32,000 nt of DNA from Bacillus subtilis subsp. subtilis str. 168 (GCF_000009045.1 NC_000964.3:2010001-2042000); one strand, 5' to 3'; shown: positions 1 through 9,726, counted from the first letter of the stretch. Numbers and translations are program-made. The notes: a model not told the origin generated them from the sequence alone.

Positions 1-53
1 CGCTCCGCAGGTTTTTCTCGTTTGATCTCCATAAATCCAGTTGGTTTCCCCAT
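1..53 (-). CDS. gltB: Glutamate synthase small subunit, N-terminal fragment (gene runs off the left edge)
   Basis: Reverse strand from the ATG at 53 reads MGKPTGFMEIKREKPAER, the N-terminus of the NADPH-GOGAT small subunit. It lies directly downstream of the large subunit, with a GGGGAGAGGAAC-like RBS. Confidence 0.85.
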   Translation of the reverse strand, partial: MGKPTGFMEIKREKPAE

Positions 54-69
54 GTTCCTCTCCCCTTCC

Positions 70-3000
70 TTACTGTACTACCGCTTGTTTTTGTCCCGAT
101 GCTGCTGTATTCTGCTTTGGCTTCGTGTTGGCCTCAAAAGCGAACATGATGGCTTCTTCATCTGATAAACCTGCAGCTTTTTGCTCTTCGATGCTTGCGA
201 GCATTTGTTTATAGTTTTTCGGAATGACTTTGACGAATTTTTTCACACTGTCTTCCCATTGATCTAGCAGATCTTCTGCTTTTTGGCTGTTTGTATACGC
301 AGTATGTCTTTCAAGCATTGCTTTGATTTGCTGGATTTCTTTCTCATCCTCTAATGATTCAAATAAAATCATCTCAAGGTTGCATTTGCGTTTAAACGCT
401 TTGACATCTTCGGTCAGTACATAAGCGATTCCGCCGGACATACCTGCCGCAAAGTTTTTGCCTACATCACCGAGAACGACAACGCTGCCGCCAGTCATGT
501 ATTCACAGCCGTGGTCGCCGATGCCTTCTACAACTACGTTCACACCGCTGTTTCGAACGGCAAAGCGTTCACCAGCACGCCCGTTAATATATGCTTCTCC
601 GCTTGTCGCACCGTAAAAAGCCACGTTGCCGATAATGACATTGTCATCCGAAGCAGAGTTGAATCCTTCTGATGACTTGACGATGATTTTTCCGCCAGAA
701 AGCCCTTTTCCGACGTAATCATTTGAGTCTCCGTCCAAATAAAGCGTCATCCCTTTAGGAACGAAAGCTCCAAAGCTTTGGCCGGCTGATCCGGTAAAGT
801 GCAGCTTGATTGTATCTTCAGGAAGACCTTCTTCTCCGTAACGCTTTGAGATTTCACTGCCGGTTATCGTTCCGGCTACACGATTTGTATTATTGATTTC
901 AATCGAAATATCAGCTTCTTTTCCAGATTCGATGGCTTCTTGTACGGCCGGGAGAATTGTTGTAATATCAAGTGATTGATCAATTTTATGATTTTGCGGC
1001 GATTGGAACGTCCGCACCCCTTCAGGCTGATAAAGAAGGGTAGACAAATCAAGCTGGCTTGCTTTCCAGTGCTCCTTTGCCCGTTCACTTGCATGAAGTA
1101 CATCAGTGCGGCCGATCATTTCATCAAATGTCTTGAAGCCTAACGCAGCCATGTACTCACGAACTTCTTCGGCAATGAACAGCATATAGTTCACAATATG
1201 GTCAGGATCTCCCATGAACTTTTTGCGAAGCTCTGGATTTTGTGTCGCTACACCGACAGGGCATGTATCCAAATGGCAGGCACGCATCATGACACAGCCG
1301 AGTACAACTAACGGAGCCGTTGCGAAACCAAATTCTTCGGCGCCGAGCAAGGCAGCCATCACAACGTCGCGGCCCGTCATGAGCTTTCCATCTGTTTCTA
1401 ATACAACACGGTCACGAAGTCCGTTCAGCATTAGTGTTTGATGTGCTTCTGCAAGGCCAAGCTCCCACGGAAGCCCTGTATGTTTAATACTGGTTTTCGG
1501 AGAAGCGCCTGTACCTCCGTCATAGCCGCTGATCACAATGACATCTGCAGTCGCTTTGGCAACACCTGCAGCGATTGTTCCTACACCTGCTTTTGACACC
1601 AGCTTTACGCTGATTCTTGCGTCACGGTTGGCATTTTTCAAATCGTGGATCAGCTGGGCTAAATCCTCAATCGAATAAATGTCATGGTGTGGCGGAGGTG
1701 AGATTAATCCGACACCTGGCGTTGACCCACGGACATCGGCAACCCATGGATATACCTTGTTGCCAGGAAGCTGCCCGCCTTCACCCGGCTTAGCACCTTG
1801 AGCCATTTTAATCTGCAGCTCATCAGCATTGACGAGGTAATGGCTTTTGACACCAAACCGTCCGGATGCAATTTGTTTGATCGCACTTCTTCTATCATCG
1901 CCGTTCTCATCTGGAACAAAGCGTTTGGGATCTTCTCCGCCTTCACCGCTGTTGCTTTTTCCTCCAAGACGGTTCATTGCGATTGCTAAAGCTTCGTGCG
2001 CTTCCTTACTCAAGGACCCGAATGACATCGCACCCGTTTTAAAACGTTTGACAATCGATTCAGCGGATTCAACCTCCTCCAACTTCAAAGGCTTGCGGTT
2101 TCCGTCAAATGCGAACAAGTTCCGCAAAAATCCGATGCGTTCTTCATCAGCCGCTTTTGTATACTGTTTAAACAGATTGTAATCATTTCTGCGGCACGCC
2201 CATTGCAAAGTATGAATCGTTTTCGGATTAAACGCATGATGCTCTCCGCCATTTCTCCATTGGAAGTCACTTCCCGGTTCAAGCGTTTTGCTGTAATCAT
2301 CCTGATACGCTTCCCGGTGGCGGCGCTGTGCCTCTTCTGCAATTGTTTGTAAATCGATGCCGCCTAGCTGTGATGCAGTACCTGAGAAATAGCGGTCGAT
2401 CACATCGCGGCTGATTCCTACCGCCTCAAAGATTTGTGCGCCTCTGTAGCTTTGCACAGTTGAAATTCCCATCTTGGACATCACTTTTACGACGCCCTCA
2501 GTAATGCTTTTTCCATATTTGCTAACCGCTTCTTCATAGCTGATATCCAAACGGCCTTCATCAATTTCCTGCTTGTAGGTCGCATAAGCGAGATAAGGGT
2601 TAATCGCATCTGCGCCATAACCGATTAACGCTGCAAAGTGATGCACTTCACGTGCTTCTCCCGATTCCACAATAATGCTGACCTTCGTACGCAGCCCTTT
2701 GCGGATTAAGTGCTGGTGCAGTGCGCTTACTGCCAGAAGCGGCGGAATTGGTGTCAGTCGTTCGTTCATCTTTTTGTCTGATAAAATTAACAAACTTACG
2801 CCTTGGCTGATGGCTTTCTCTGCCTGTGTGAACATGTCCTTTAAACCGCGTTCAAGATCCTCTGAAAACAGCACATCAATTTTTTGGCTTTTTAAATCAG
2901 GATGAACAATCGTTTTCAATGCGTAAAACTGTTCATTGGATAAAACAGGTGTATACAGTTTAATCCGGCGAACATTTCGTTCACTTGGATGAAGAAGATC

Positions 3001-4632
3001 GCCTTCCGCACCGAGCCAAGTCATCGTTGAAGTGACAAGCTGCTCACGAATCGCGTCGATTGGCGGGTTCGTTACTTGTGCAAACAGCTGTTTAAAGTAG
3101 TTAAACAGCGATTGCGCTCGGTCAGAAAGTACAGCAAGCGGAGCGTCATTCCCCATTGAACCAAGGGGATCTTTGCCTTCTTTAATAACAGGAATTAGAT
3201 ACTTTTGGATATCCTCATATGTGTATCCGAATGCCTTCTGGCGAGTAAGAAGATCACTAAATTGTTCTTCTTCTCTTGACTCCGGATCAGGATTTACTTG
3301 TACAAGCTCTTCTTCAAGCCATTTTTGGTACGGATACTCAGTTGCAATTTGTGTTTTGACTTCCTCATCGGAGATAATACGGCCTTCTTCCAGGTCGATT
3401 AAAAGCATTTTCCCAGGCTCAAGGCGGTTTTTATATAAAACGTTCTCCTGTTCAACTTCAATAACGCCTACTTCAGATGAGAAAATAATATAATCATCTT
3501 TTGTGACATAATAACGGGCCGGACGGAGACCGTTCCGGTCAAGGATCGCCCCGATTTGTTTACCGTCAGTAAATGAAATAGCTGTCGGTCCGTCCCAAGG
3601 CTCCATCAGGGAGCTATGGTACTCGTAGAACGCCCTTTTTTCCTTGGACATATGCGTATTTTCCGTCCAAGGCTCTGGAATGAGCATCATTGCCGTATGT
3701 GCCGGTTTGCGTCCAGCCATCACAAAAAACTCAAATGCGTTATCCAAAATGGAAGAGTCACTGCCATCAGCATTGAGAATCGGCAAAATCTTGTTTAAGT
3801 CCTCACCGAAGCTTTCAGAAACAAATTGCTGCTCACGTGCTCTCATCCAGTTGATATTTCCGCGAAGGGTGTTAATTTCACCGTTGTGAACCAAATAGCG
3901 GTTAGGATGCGCTCTTTCCCATGTAGGGAATGTATTGGTACTGAAGCGTGAATGAACAAGCGCAAAAGCAGAAACGAATGCTTCGTCTTGCAGATCAGAA
4001 TAAAATGCATCAACCTGTTCAGGTGTTAAAAGGCCTTTGTAAACAATGGTCTGGCTTGAAAGACTGGCAAAATAAAAATCAAGACCTTCCGTTACTCCCC
4101 AATTTTCAGCCTGTTTACGAATGACATACAATTTTCGTTCAAAAGATAAATTGTCCTTTAGATCAGAACTTGCGCCGATAAATACCTGACGGACAAACGG
4201 ACAGCTTTTTTGCGCCACTGTTCCGATTTTTCCGACATTTACAGGTACAGTTCTCCATCCAAGAACGACTTGGCCTTCTTGTTCAATTAGTGCATTGATT
4301 TGCTTTTCAATTTTTTTTCTTTCATCTTCCTTCTGTGAGAAAAAGACCATTCCTACCCCGTAACGTTCTTTTTCTGGCAGATTGATGTTTTTGCACTCTT
4401 TTCTAAAGAAAGCATCAGGGATTTGAACCAGTAAGCCGGCTCCGTCTCCTGTATCCGGATCACTGCCTTGCCCTCCTCTATGGTCTAGCTGGCAAAGCAT
4501 CTTAAGTCCTTGTTTGACAATGTCGTGAGTCTGCTTGCCCTTTAAGTGTGCATATAGGCCGATTCCGCATGCATCATGTTCAAATTCAGGACGGTAGAGA
4601 CCTTGAGCTTTTGGCATTTGATTGTACGTCAT
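70..4632 (-). CDS. gltA: Glutamate synthase (NADPH) large subunit
   Basis: 1520 aa ORF. After MTYNQMPKAQGLYRPEFEHDACGIG the glutamine amidotransferase Cys follows. Contains the FMN/GOGAT central domain (GGTGASP), the Cys cluster CVMMRACHLDTCPVG and a C-terminal GXGXG beta-helix domain. Confidence 0.98.
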   Translation of the reverse strand: MTYNQMPKAQGLYRPEFEHDACGIGLYAHLKGKQTHDIVKQGLKMLCQLDHRGGQGSDPDTGDGAGLLVQIPDAFFRKECKNINLPEKERYGVGMVFFSQKEDERKKIEKQINALIEQEGQVVLGWRTVPVNVGKIGTVAQKSCPFVRQVFIGASSDLKDNLSFERKLYVIRKQAENWGVTEGLDFYFASLSSQTIVYKGLLTPEQVDAFYSDLQDEAFVSAFALVHSRFSTNTFPTWERAHPNRYLVHNGEINTLRGNINWMRAREQQFVSESFGEDLNKILPILNADGSDSSILDNAFEFFVMAGRKPAHTAMMLIPEPWTENTHMSKEKRAFYEYHSSLMEPWDGPTAISFTDGKQIGAILDRNGLRPARYYVTKDDYIIFSSEVGVIEVEQENVLYKNRLEPGKMLLIDLEEGRIISDEEVKTQIATEYPYQKWLEEELVQVNPDPESREEEQFSDLLTRQKAFGYTYEDIQKYLIPVIKEGKDPLGSMGNDAPLAVLSDRAQSLFNYFKQLFAQVTNPPIDAIREQLVTSTMTWLGAEGDLLHPSERNVRRIKLYTPVLSNEQFYALKTIVHPDLKSQKIDVLFSEDLERGLKDMFTQAEKAISQGVSLLILSDKKMNERLTPIPPLLAVSALHQHLIRKGLRTKVSIIVESGEAREVHHFAALIGYGADAINPYLAYATYKQEIDEGRLDISYEEAVSKYGKSITEGVVKVMSKMGISTVQSYRGAQIFEAVGISRDVIDRYFSGTASQLGGIDLQTIAEEAQRRHREAYQDDYSKTLEPGSDFQWRNGGEHHAFNPKTIHTLQWACRRNDYNLFKQYTKAADEERIGFLRNLFAFDGNRKPLKLEEVESAESIVKRFKTGAMSFGSLSKEAHEALAIAMNRLGGKSNSGEGGEDPKRFVPDENGDDRRSAIKQIASGRFGVKSHYLVNADELQIKMAQGAKPGEGGQLPGNKVYPWVADVRGSTPGVGLISPPPHHDIYSIEDLAQLIHDLKNANRDARISVKLVSKAGVGTIAAGVAKATADVIVISGYDGGTGASPKTSIKHTGLPWELGLAEAHQTLMLNGLRDRVVLETDGKLMTGRDVVMAALLGAEEFGFATAPLVVLGCVMMRACHLDTCPVGVATQNPELRKKFMGDPDHIVNYMLFIAEEVREYMAALGFKTFDEMIGRTDVLHASERAKEHWKASQLDLSTLLYQPEGVRTFQSPQNHKIDQSLDITTILPAVQEAIESGKEADISIEINNTNRVAGTITGSEISKRYGEEGLPEDTIKLHFTGSAGQSFGAFVPKGMTLYLDGDSNDYVGKGLSGGKIIVKSSEGFNSASDDNVIIGNVAFYGATSGEAYINGRAGERFAVRNSGVNVVVEGIGDHGCEYMTGGSVVVLGDVGKNFAAGMSGGIAYVLTEDVKAFKRKCNLEMILFESLEDEKEIQQIKAMLERHTAYTNSQKAEDLLDQWEDSVKKFVKVIPKNYKQMLASIEEQKAAGLSDEEAIMFAFEANTKPKQNTAASGQKQAVVQ

Positions 4633-4778
4633 AATTCCTCTCCCCCGATCAATTTCCGATAATACCGGTCATAAAATCTAACAACTCTATAATCATTGTA
4701 GGTTTTCAAAACGATATAAACAATATATAATTTAGATCAAAAGAATCTCAAAATGAGATAGATGGATGTGAGACAAAC
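4633..4778. promoter_or_regulatory. Divergent gltA / gltC promoter region, including the perfect dyad ATCTCA-AAA-TGAGAT at 4745-4759 (candidate GltC box)
   Basis: 146 bp gap between divergent gltA and gltC. The dyad is visible directly and sits where a LysR-type autoregulator would bind. Confidence 0.75.
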
Positions 4779-5681
4779 ATGGAGCTGCGCCAACTGCGTT
4801 ATTTTATGGAGGTGGCTGAAAGAGAACACGTTTCAGAAGCCGCTGATCATTTGCATGTGGCCCAATCAGCAATCAGCAGACAAATTGCCAATCTTGAAGA
4901 AGAATTAAATGTGACCTTATTTGAGCGTGAAGGGAGAAATATCAAACTCACGCCAATCGGAAAAGAATTTTTAATTCATGTGAAAACGGCGATGAAAGCC
5001 ATTGATTATGCGAAAGAGCAAATTGATGAGTATCTTGACCCGCATCGCGGAACGGTAAAGATCGGCTTTCCTACAAGCCTCGCCAGCCAGCTTTTGCCGA
5101 CTGTCATTTCAGCGTTTAAAGAAGAATATCCGCACGTCGAATTTTTGCTGCGCCAAGGCTCCTATAAGTTTCTGATTGAAGCTGTCAGAAACCGCGATAT
5201 TGATCTGGCCTTATTAGGGCCGGTGCCGACGAATTTCTCTGACATAACGGGAAAAATATTATTTACTGAAAAAATTTACGCGCTTGTTCCATTAAATCAT
5301 CCGCTTGCTAAACAAAAAACGGTTCATTTAATCGATTTGCGCAACGACCAATTTGTATTGTTCCCGGAAGGATTTGTACTTAGAGAGATGGCAATCGATA
5401 CTTGCAAACAAGCAGGCTTTGCTCCTCTCGTTTCCACGGAGGGTGAGGATTTGGATGCGATCAAAGGGTTAGTGTCCGCAGGAATGGGCGTTACCCTTCT
5501 GCCTGAAAGTACTTTTGCTGAAACAACACCTCGTTTTACTGTGAAAATTCCAATTGAGTTCCCTCAAGTAAAACGGACTGTCGGAATCATTAAACCGAAA
5601 AATAGAGAGCTTGCGCCTTCCGCGAATGATTTTTATGAGTTTGTCATTCAATTTTTCTCTAAGCTGGAGCAGTATCAATAA
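4779..5681 (+). CDS. gltC: LysR-family transcriptional activator of gltAB
   Basis: 300 aa. N-terminal winged HTH MELRQLRYFMEVAEREHVSEAADHLHVAQSAISRQI; divergent from gltA. Confidence 0.95.
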   Translation: MELRQLRYFMEVAEREHVSEAADHLHVAQSAISRQIANLEEELNVTLFEREGRNIKLTPIGKEFLIHVKTAMKAIDYAKEQIDEYLDPHRGTVKIGFPTSLASQLLPTVISAFKEEYPHVEFLLRQGSYKFLIEAVRNRDIDLALLGPVPTNFSDITGKILFTEKIYALVPLNHPLAKQKTVHLIDLRNDQFVLFPEGFVLREMAIDTCKQAGFAPLVSTEGEDLDAIKGLVSAGMGVTLLPESTFAETTPRFTVKIPIEFPQVKRTVGIIKPKNRELAPSANDFYEFVIQFFSKLEQYQ

Positions 5682-5687
5682 AAAAAA

Positions 5688-5724
5688 TGAACCCGAGCTT
5701 CTATATAGAAGCTTCGGGTTTTTT
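5688..5724. terminator. Intrinsic terminator between convergent gltC and proJ, probably bidirectional
   Basis: AAAAAAATGAACCCGAGCTTCTATATAGAAGCTTCGGGTTTTTTT: strong hairpin flanked by A and T tracts. Confidence 0.85.
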
Positions 5725-5732
5725 TCTGCAAA

Positions 5733-6848
5733 TTAATTTACAGGTAAAGAAAAATCCACATGGCAAACAAATGCTTCTTGATCAATTAGAGCTCTATTTG
5801 TCAGTTCCTTTTTCTTTTCCGGTTCTTGAAGCTGTACAGAAGAGTAATTGACGATTCCAAGGCCGATTTCCGTCCCTTTTGAATCCATCAGCCGAACAAC
5901 TGAACCGCTTTTGAATTTCCCTTTAATCTTCTGTACACCGTCTAGGTATAAACTCGATTGTCCGTTTGTTATTTTTCGTGAACAATCATCTGATAAAATC
6001 ATTTCACCTTCCGGACCGGAATTAAAAGCGATCCATTGCTCCTTTTGATTCAACGGAAGCGTTCCTTCTGCTTCAAAATAGGTGCCTTCCGCCTGTTCAT
6101 GAACGGCGTGGTATAAAATATCGCCAGCATCTGCCTGACCTAGGAAACCTTTAATGCCAGACGCCATTACGATTTTAAACGCATCAAGCTTAGAGCGCAT
6201 GCCGCCGGTGCCAACGATGCTTCCAGTGTCACCTGCGCATGCTTCGATGTCAGGTGTTATTTCACTCACCCGCTGTATCTTTTTCGCTTCTGGATTTGTG
6301 CGCGGATTGCCGTCATATAATCCGTCTATATCTGATAAAATCACAAGCATATCTGCATCAATCAATCCTGCGACTTTTGCTGCGAGCGTATCATTGTCGC
6401 CAAACTTGAGCCGATTGACGGTAACTGTGTCATTTTCGTTTATGATCGGGATGATGCCGCGCTCGAGCAGTACATTCATTGTATTCCTGACATTGTTGTA
6501 TCGATATTCATCAGAAAAATCGCTTCTCGTAATTAAAATTTGGGATGCGACATAGCCGTGTGCCAAAAACAGCTTTGAATAAGCCTCCATTAGCAATCCC
6601 TGGCCGATTGAAGCTGATGCTTGTTTTTCTGGAAGCTTCTCGGGCCTTTGGATAAATCCGAGCTTCCGATATCCCGCCGCCACTGCGCCTGAGGAAACCA
6701 AAATCACTTCATAACCGGCGTCTTTGAGTTTGACGACCTGGTCGACCAACGCTTCTAATTTTCGAATGCTGATTTCTCCATGAAGGCTTGTTAATGAACT
6801 GCTTCCAATCTTCACAACGACTCTTTTCATGCTTGTATCAGGCGTCAC
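5733..6848 (-). CDS. proJ: Glutamate 5-kinase with C-terminal PUA domain
   Basis: 371 aa. MKRVVVKIGSSSLT, ASIGQGLLMEAY and ENDTV motifs; overlaps the upstream proH ORF. Confidence 0.95.
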   Translation of the reverse strand: MTPDTSMKRVVVKIGSSSLTSLHGEISIRKLEALVDQVVKLKDAGYEVILVSSGAVAAGYRKLGFIQRPEKLPEKQASASIGQGLLMEAYSKLFLAHGYVASQILITRSDFSDEYRYNNVRNTMNVLLERGIIPIINENDTVTVNRLKFGDNDTLAAKVAGLIDADMLVILSDIDGLYDGNPRTNPEAKKIQRVSEITPDIEACAGDTGSIVGTGGMRSKLDAFKIVMASGIKGFLGQADAGDILYHAVHEQAEGTYFEAEGTLPLNQKEQWIAFNSGPEGEMILSDDCSRKITNGQSSLYLDGVQKIKGKFKSGSVVRLMDSKGTEIGLGIVNYSSVQLQEPEKKKELTNRALIDQEAFVCHVDFSLPVN

Positions 6849-7744
6849 TTTATCACTCCTGATAGCGGCGCTGCAGTTTTTTCGATATCTTCGCTGATTT
6901 CCTTTGAACGCTTAGCCGCATGCTTTATTGCTTGAGAAATCGCTTCTCCGCCGCCGCTCTTTTTCAAGGCTTGCAGCCCCGCTGCTGTCGTTCCGTTCGG
7001 TGACGTGATATTATCTCTTAAGATCTCAGGATGTTCTCCTGTTTCCATGAGCATTTTTGCGGCACCTAAAAGTGTCTGTGCGCCGATGCTTCGAGATAAC
7101 TGTTTATCGAGGCCCGCTTCCTCGCCTGTCTTTTCAATGAATTCCATTAAATAATAAAAATACGCGGGTCCGCTGCCTGCAATTCCGGTGAATATATCCA
7201 TTTGATTTTCTTGGATTGTATAGACTTCGCCCATGCATCCGAGCAATGCTTCGGCCAGCTTCTTCAGGTCTTCCGACACATATTTGCCAAGGGCAATAGC
7301 TGTTGCAGAAGCGCCAATCATACTGGAAGTGTTGGGCATCACTCTGACAACCGGCTGTTCATTAAGCAATGATTGTTCAATAAAAGAGGTAGTTATGCCG
7401 GCAAGGACCGACAATATTAATTGATGGGGTTGAATACGTGATTTTAGTGATGACAGAGCGTTTTCGGCGTCTTTTGGCTTCATTGCCAAAATGAGCACAT
7501 CCATGTCTTCAATACATAGTTGGTTCGGCAAGGCGCCTTTAATGCCATATTGAAGTTCAAGTTCAGTTAATCGCTCTGTATTGCTGCGGTTTGTAACGCA
7601 GATGTTTTGTTTCGGGATTTTGTTGGCTCGAACGATACCTGATATCATTCCTTCCGCCATAGATCCTGCTCCTATAAAGGCTACTTTCTTTTGATCAAAG
7701 ATCGGTAACATCTCCTTTGTTCGCTTTTTTGTTCGCATTTTCAC
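6845..7744 (-). CDS. proH: Pyrroline-5-carboxylate reductase
   Basis: 299 aa ORF from a GTG (297 aa from the ATG two codons in). VAFIGAGSMAEGMI Rossmann motif and GSGPAYFYYLMEF; adjacent to glutamate kinase. Start position uncertain. Confidence 0.94.
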   Translation of the reverse strand: MKMRTKKRTKEMLPIFDQKKVAFIGAGSMAEGMISGIVRANKIPKQNICVTNRSNTERLTELELQYGIKGALPNQLCIEDMDVLILAMKPKDAENALSSLKSRIQPHQLILSVLAGITTSFIEQSLLNEQPVVRVMPNTSSMIGASATAIALGKYVSEDLKKLAEALLGCMGEVYTIQENQMDIFTGIAGSGPAYFYYLMEFIEKTGEEAGLDKQLSRSIGAQTLLGAAKMLMETGEHPEILRDNITSPNGTTAAGLQALKKSGGGEAISQAIKHAAKRSKEISEDIEKTAAPLSGVIK

Positions 7745-7845
7745 ACGTTTAAAATGTTACCACGTGAGGAAATGATGTCAAGTTTGAAGGCCATTATTGA
7801 TTTGTATTGTTTCTTTTCGACAAATATGTATAATGAAAAGCAGAA

Positions 7846-7877
7846 AACACCCGGTTCACACTGCTGCGCCGGGTGTT
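7846..7877 (-). terminator. Intrinsic terminator downstream of rtp
   Basis: AACACCCGGttcacactgctgcgCCGGGTGTT hairpin 10 bp beyond the rtp stop codon. Confidence 0.75.
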
Positions 7878-7885
7878 TGTTTCTA

Positions 7886-8254
7886 TTAAAAATTATCTGA
7901 GAGAGCTTTTTCAATCAGTTTTTTACAGCGATCCAGCTCTACCTTCAGCTGTTTTTTATATAGCTTGGCAGCTTCGTAATCTTTAAATTGATAGAGGACG
8001 ACTTCCTGGAGCTTAGCCCCTTCTTTTTTTACTTTAATTTGTTTTAGTATCCCGTCATCAAGAAGCTCATGCAAAGACCGGTATACTTCTGTATGATTTG
8101 GTTTAAAACCAATCTCTTTAAATTCAGACCGAAGTACTTCAAGCAGCTTTAACCCATAGAGTCTCTCTTGCTCTGTCATCGTTATCATATAAAGCTTCAA
8201 AAATGCGCGCTGTTTCACTAAAAAGCCTGTTGAACTCCTTTTTTCTTCTTTCAT
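7886..8254 (-). CDS. rtp: Replication terminator protein (RTP), Ter-binding fork-arrest protein
   Basis: MKEEKRSSTGFLVKQRAFLKLYMITMTEQERLYGLKLLEVLRSEFKEIGFKPNHTEVYRSLHELL...; 122 aa when started at the internal ATG at 8254, which follows AGAAGGAG. Ter sites lie immediately upstream. The ORF track extends it to 8287. Confidence 0.97.
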   Translation of the reverse strand: MKEEKRSSTGFLVKQRAFLKLYMITMTEQERLYGLKLLEVLRSEFKEIGFKPNHTEVYRSLHELLDDGILKQIKVKKEGAKLQEVVLYQFKDYEAAKLYKKQLKVELDRCKKLIEKALSDNF

Positions 8255-8274
8255 CATATGCACTCCTTCTTCTG

Positions 8275-8303
8275 TCACTGACAACACTATGTACTAAATA
8301 TTC
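8275..8303 (+). promoter_or_regulatory. RTP-binding replication terminator (Ter) site next to rtp
   Basis: TCACTGACAACACTATGTACTAAATATTC matches the recalled Ter consensus KMACTAANWNNWCTATGTACYAAATNTTC at all but one position (G for A in ACTAA). Confidence 0.93.
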
Positions 8304-8403
8304 AATTTTCTTTTATTGTTTTCCTTCTTTATATTAAAGACTGATAGTCCAGTTATTTCATGTTTACTGATTATAGGTGTAGCGGAAAAAATAAATTTCG
8401 ACT

Positions 8404-8432
8404 GAACATTTGGTACATAGTTTTCTTAGTTC
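8404..8432 (-). promoter_or_regulatory. RTP-binding replication terminator (Ter) site, opposite orientation
   Basis: Reverse complement GAACTAAGAAAACTATGTACCAAATGTTC matches the Ter consensus at every defined position. Confidence 0.95.
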
Positions 8433-8523
8433 TATTATAGCCTGCATTTACTGCTATCTTCAATTTAAACGATTGCCAGGGTTTACATATCTCATTTTAC
8501 CGGTACGGATTTCATTCAAATAA

Positions 8524-8549
8524 AAAAACCTGTCGAAAGACAGGTTTTC
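8524..8549. terminator. Intrinsic terminator downstream of yoxD
   Basis: AAAAAACCTGTCGAAAGACAGGTTTTC hairpin adjacent to the yoxD stop. Confidence 0.75.
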
Positions 8550-8553
8550 ATTT

Positions 8554-9270
8554 TTAAGGATTTGTTGACCATAATCCCGCTGTTTTGATGAAAATACGAG
8601 GATCTAATTTCAGTTGTGCCACCATGTACTCAGCAAGATCCTCAGGCTGCATAACTTTTTCAGGATTACCGTCTGTTAAGTTCAATTCGATAGACATATC
8701 ACTAGCGACAGTGCTCGGCGTTAACGCGCTGACTCTGATATTATGTTTTCTCACTTCTTGCATAAGAGACTCTGTTAACCCGAGAACGGCAAATTTAGAA
8801 GCGCTGTAAGCACTTGTTACAGCAGCTCCTCTTTGGCCCGCTGTAGATGAAATATTAATGATGTCTCCGGCTTTGCGTTCGATCATTTCCGGAAGCACCG
8901 CGCGAGTGACATGGTACACACCCATTAGGTTGACTTGAATAATATTTTCCCACTCATCAGCTGACAGATCTAAGAAACCGCCAAATTTGCTGATGCCGGC
9001 ATTATTAATGAGGATATCGATATCACCGAGCTGTTCCTTCACTTGAGCTACAGCTTGGTTAACCTGATCGGCATCTTTTACATCTGCAGCAGCAAATGCA
9101 GCTTTTACACCAAGCGCTTTGACTTCTTCAGCCACTTTTTCTACATTAGCGGAAGTCCGGCCAATTAACCCGATATTCACGCCTTCTTTGGCAAGCGCCA
9201 GAGCAGTAGCGCGGCCAATTCCTCTGCCTCCGCCTGTGATTAGTGCAGTTTTATGTTGTAAACTTTGCAA
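8554..9270 (-). CDS. yoxD: Short-chain dehydrogenase/reductase (3-oxoacyl-ACP reductase-like)
   Basis: [14 protein letters not shown] cofactor motif, NNAG, YSASK catalytic motif. The ORF track starts at a GTG at 9279 that lies within the likely RBS (AAAGGGTG); TTG at 9270 gives 238 aa and better spacing. Confidence 0.88.
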
Positions 9271-9420
9271 TTGAAGCACCCTTTCTTTGTTTACATATGT
9301 ACGATATCACATTATAAGTACAATACATCCAATACGCAAATCAAACGAACTGTGTAAATATCATTTCTTCTGATTAAAAAAACGGATACAGGGTAATGAC
9401 ATAAGAAAAGGAGTGAACAT

Positions 9421-9726
9421 ATGATTATAGTTTATATCAGTCTTGCAGTATTAGCAGTTTCTATTATCTTCTTAGGAGTTACCGTGATCCAAAACAAGAA
9501 AAAAATAGACCCCGCACTAAAGGAGCTTTCCTCTGTTACGCAGGCTATGCAAAAACAAATCGAAGGATTAAAAACAGAAACAGAGCTGCTGACGCAAAAA
9601 CAAAAGAAGATTCAGCAGGATGTCCAAATAAAAAAATACACGCTTCAGCAGACCGCAGCTGAAGTGAAAGAAGTTCCCCAAGCAGTCAAAGAGGTGTGGC
9701 AGGCAGGACATTTTAATAGCAGATAA
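9421..9726 (+). CDS. yoxC: Small membrane-anchored coiled-coil protein (DUF948-like)
   Basis: 101 aa, N-terminal TM helix MIIVYISLAVLAVSIIFLGVTVI then coiled coil; preceded by AAAGGAGTG. Confidence 0.85.
   Translation: MIIVYISLAVLAVSIIFLGVTVIQNKKKIDPALKELSSVTQAMQKQIEGLKTETELLTQKQKKIQQDVQIKKYTLQQTAAEVKEVPQAVKEVWQAGHFNSR

Noticed and set aside
1214-3889. Plus-strand ORFs inside gltA (1214-1441, 1847-2182, 2675-2905, 3173-3493, 3644-3889)
   Set aside because: Antisense shadows of a strongly coding 1520-codon gene; compositionally odd Ser/Pro/Arg-rich translations without RBS or homology-like motifs.
5848-7424. Plus-strand ORFs antisense to proJ and proH (5848-6048, 6154-6555, 7233-7424)
   Set aside because: Mirror-frame artefacts of the conserved kinase and reductase genes.
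9284-9312. Possible additional Ter site around ACATATGTACGATATCAC upstream of yoxD
   Set aside because: Only ATATGTAC resembles the core; the CTATGTACYAAAT extension and A half are absent. More likely part of the yoxD promoter region.
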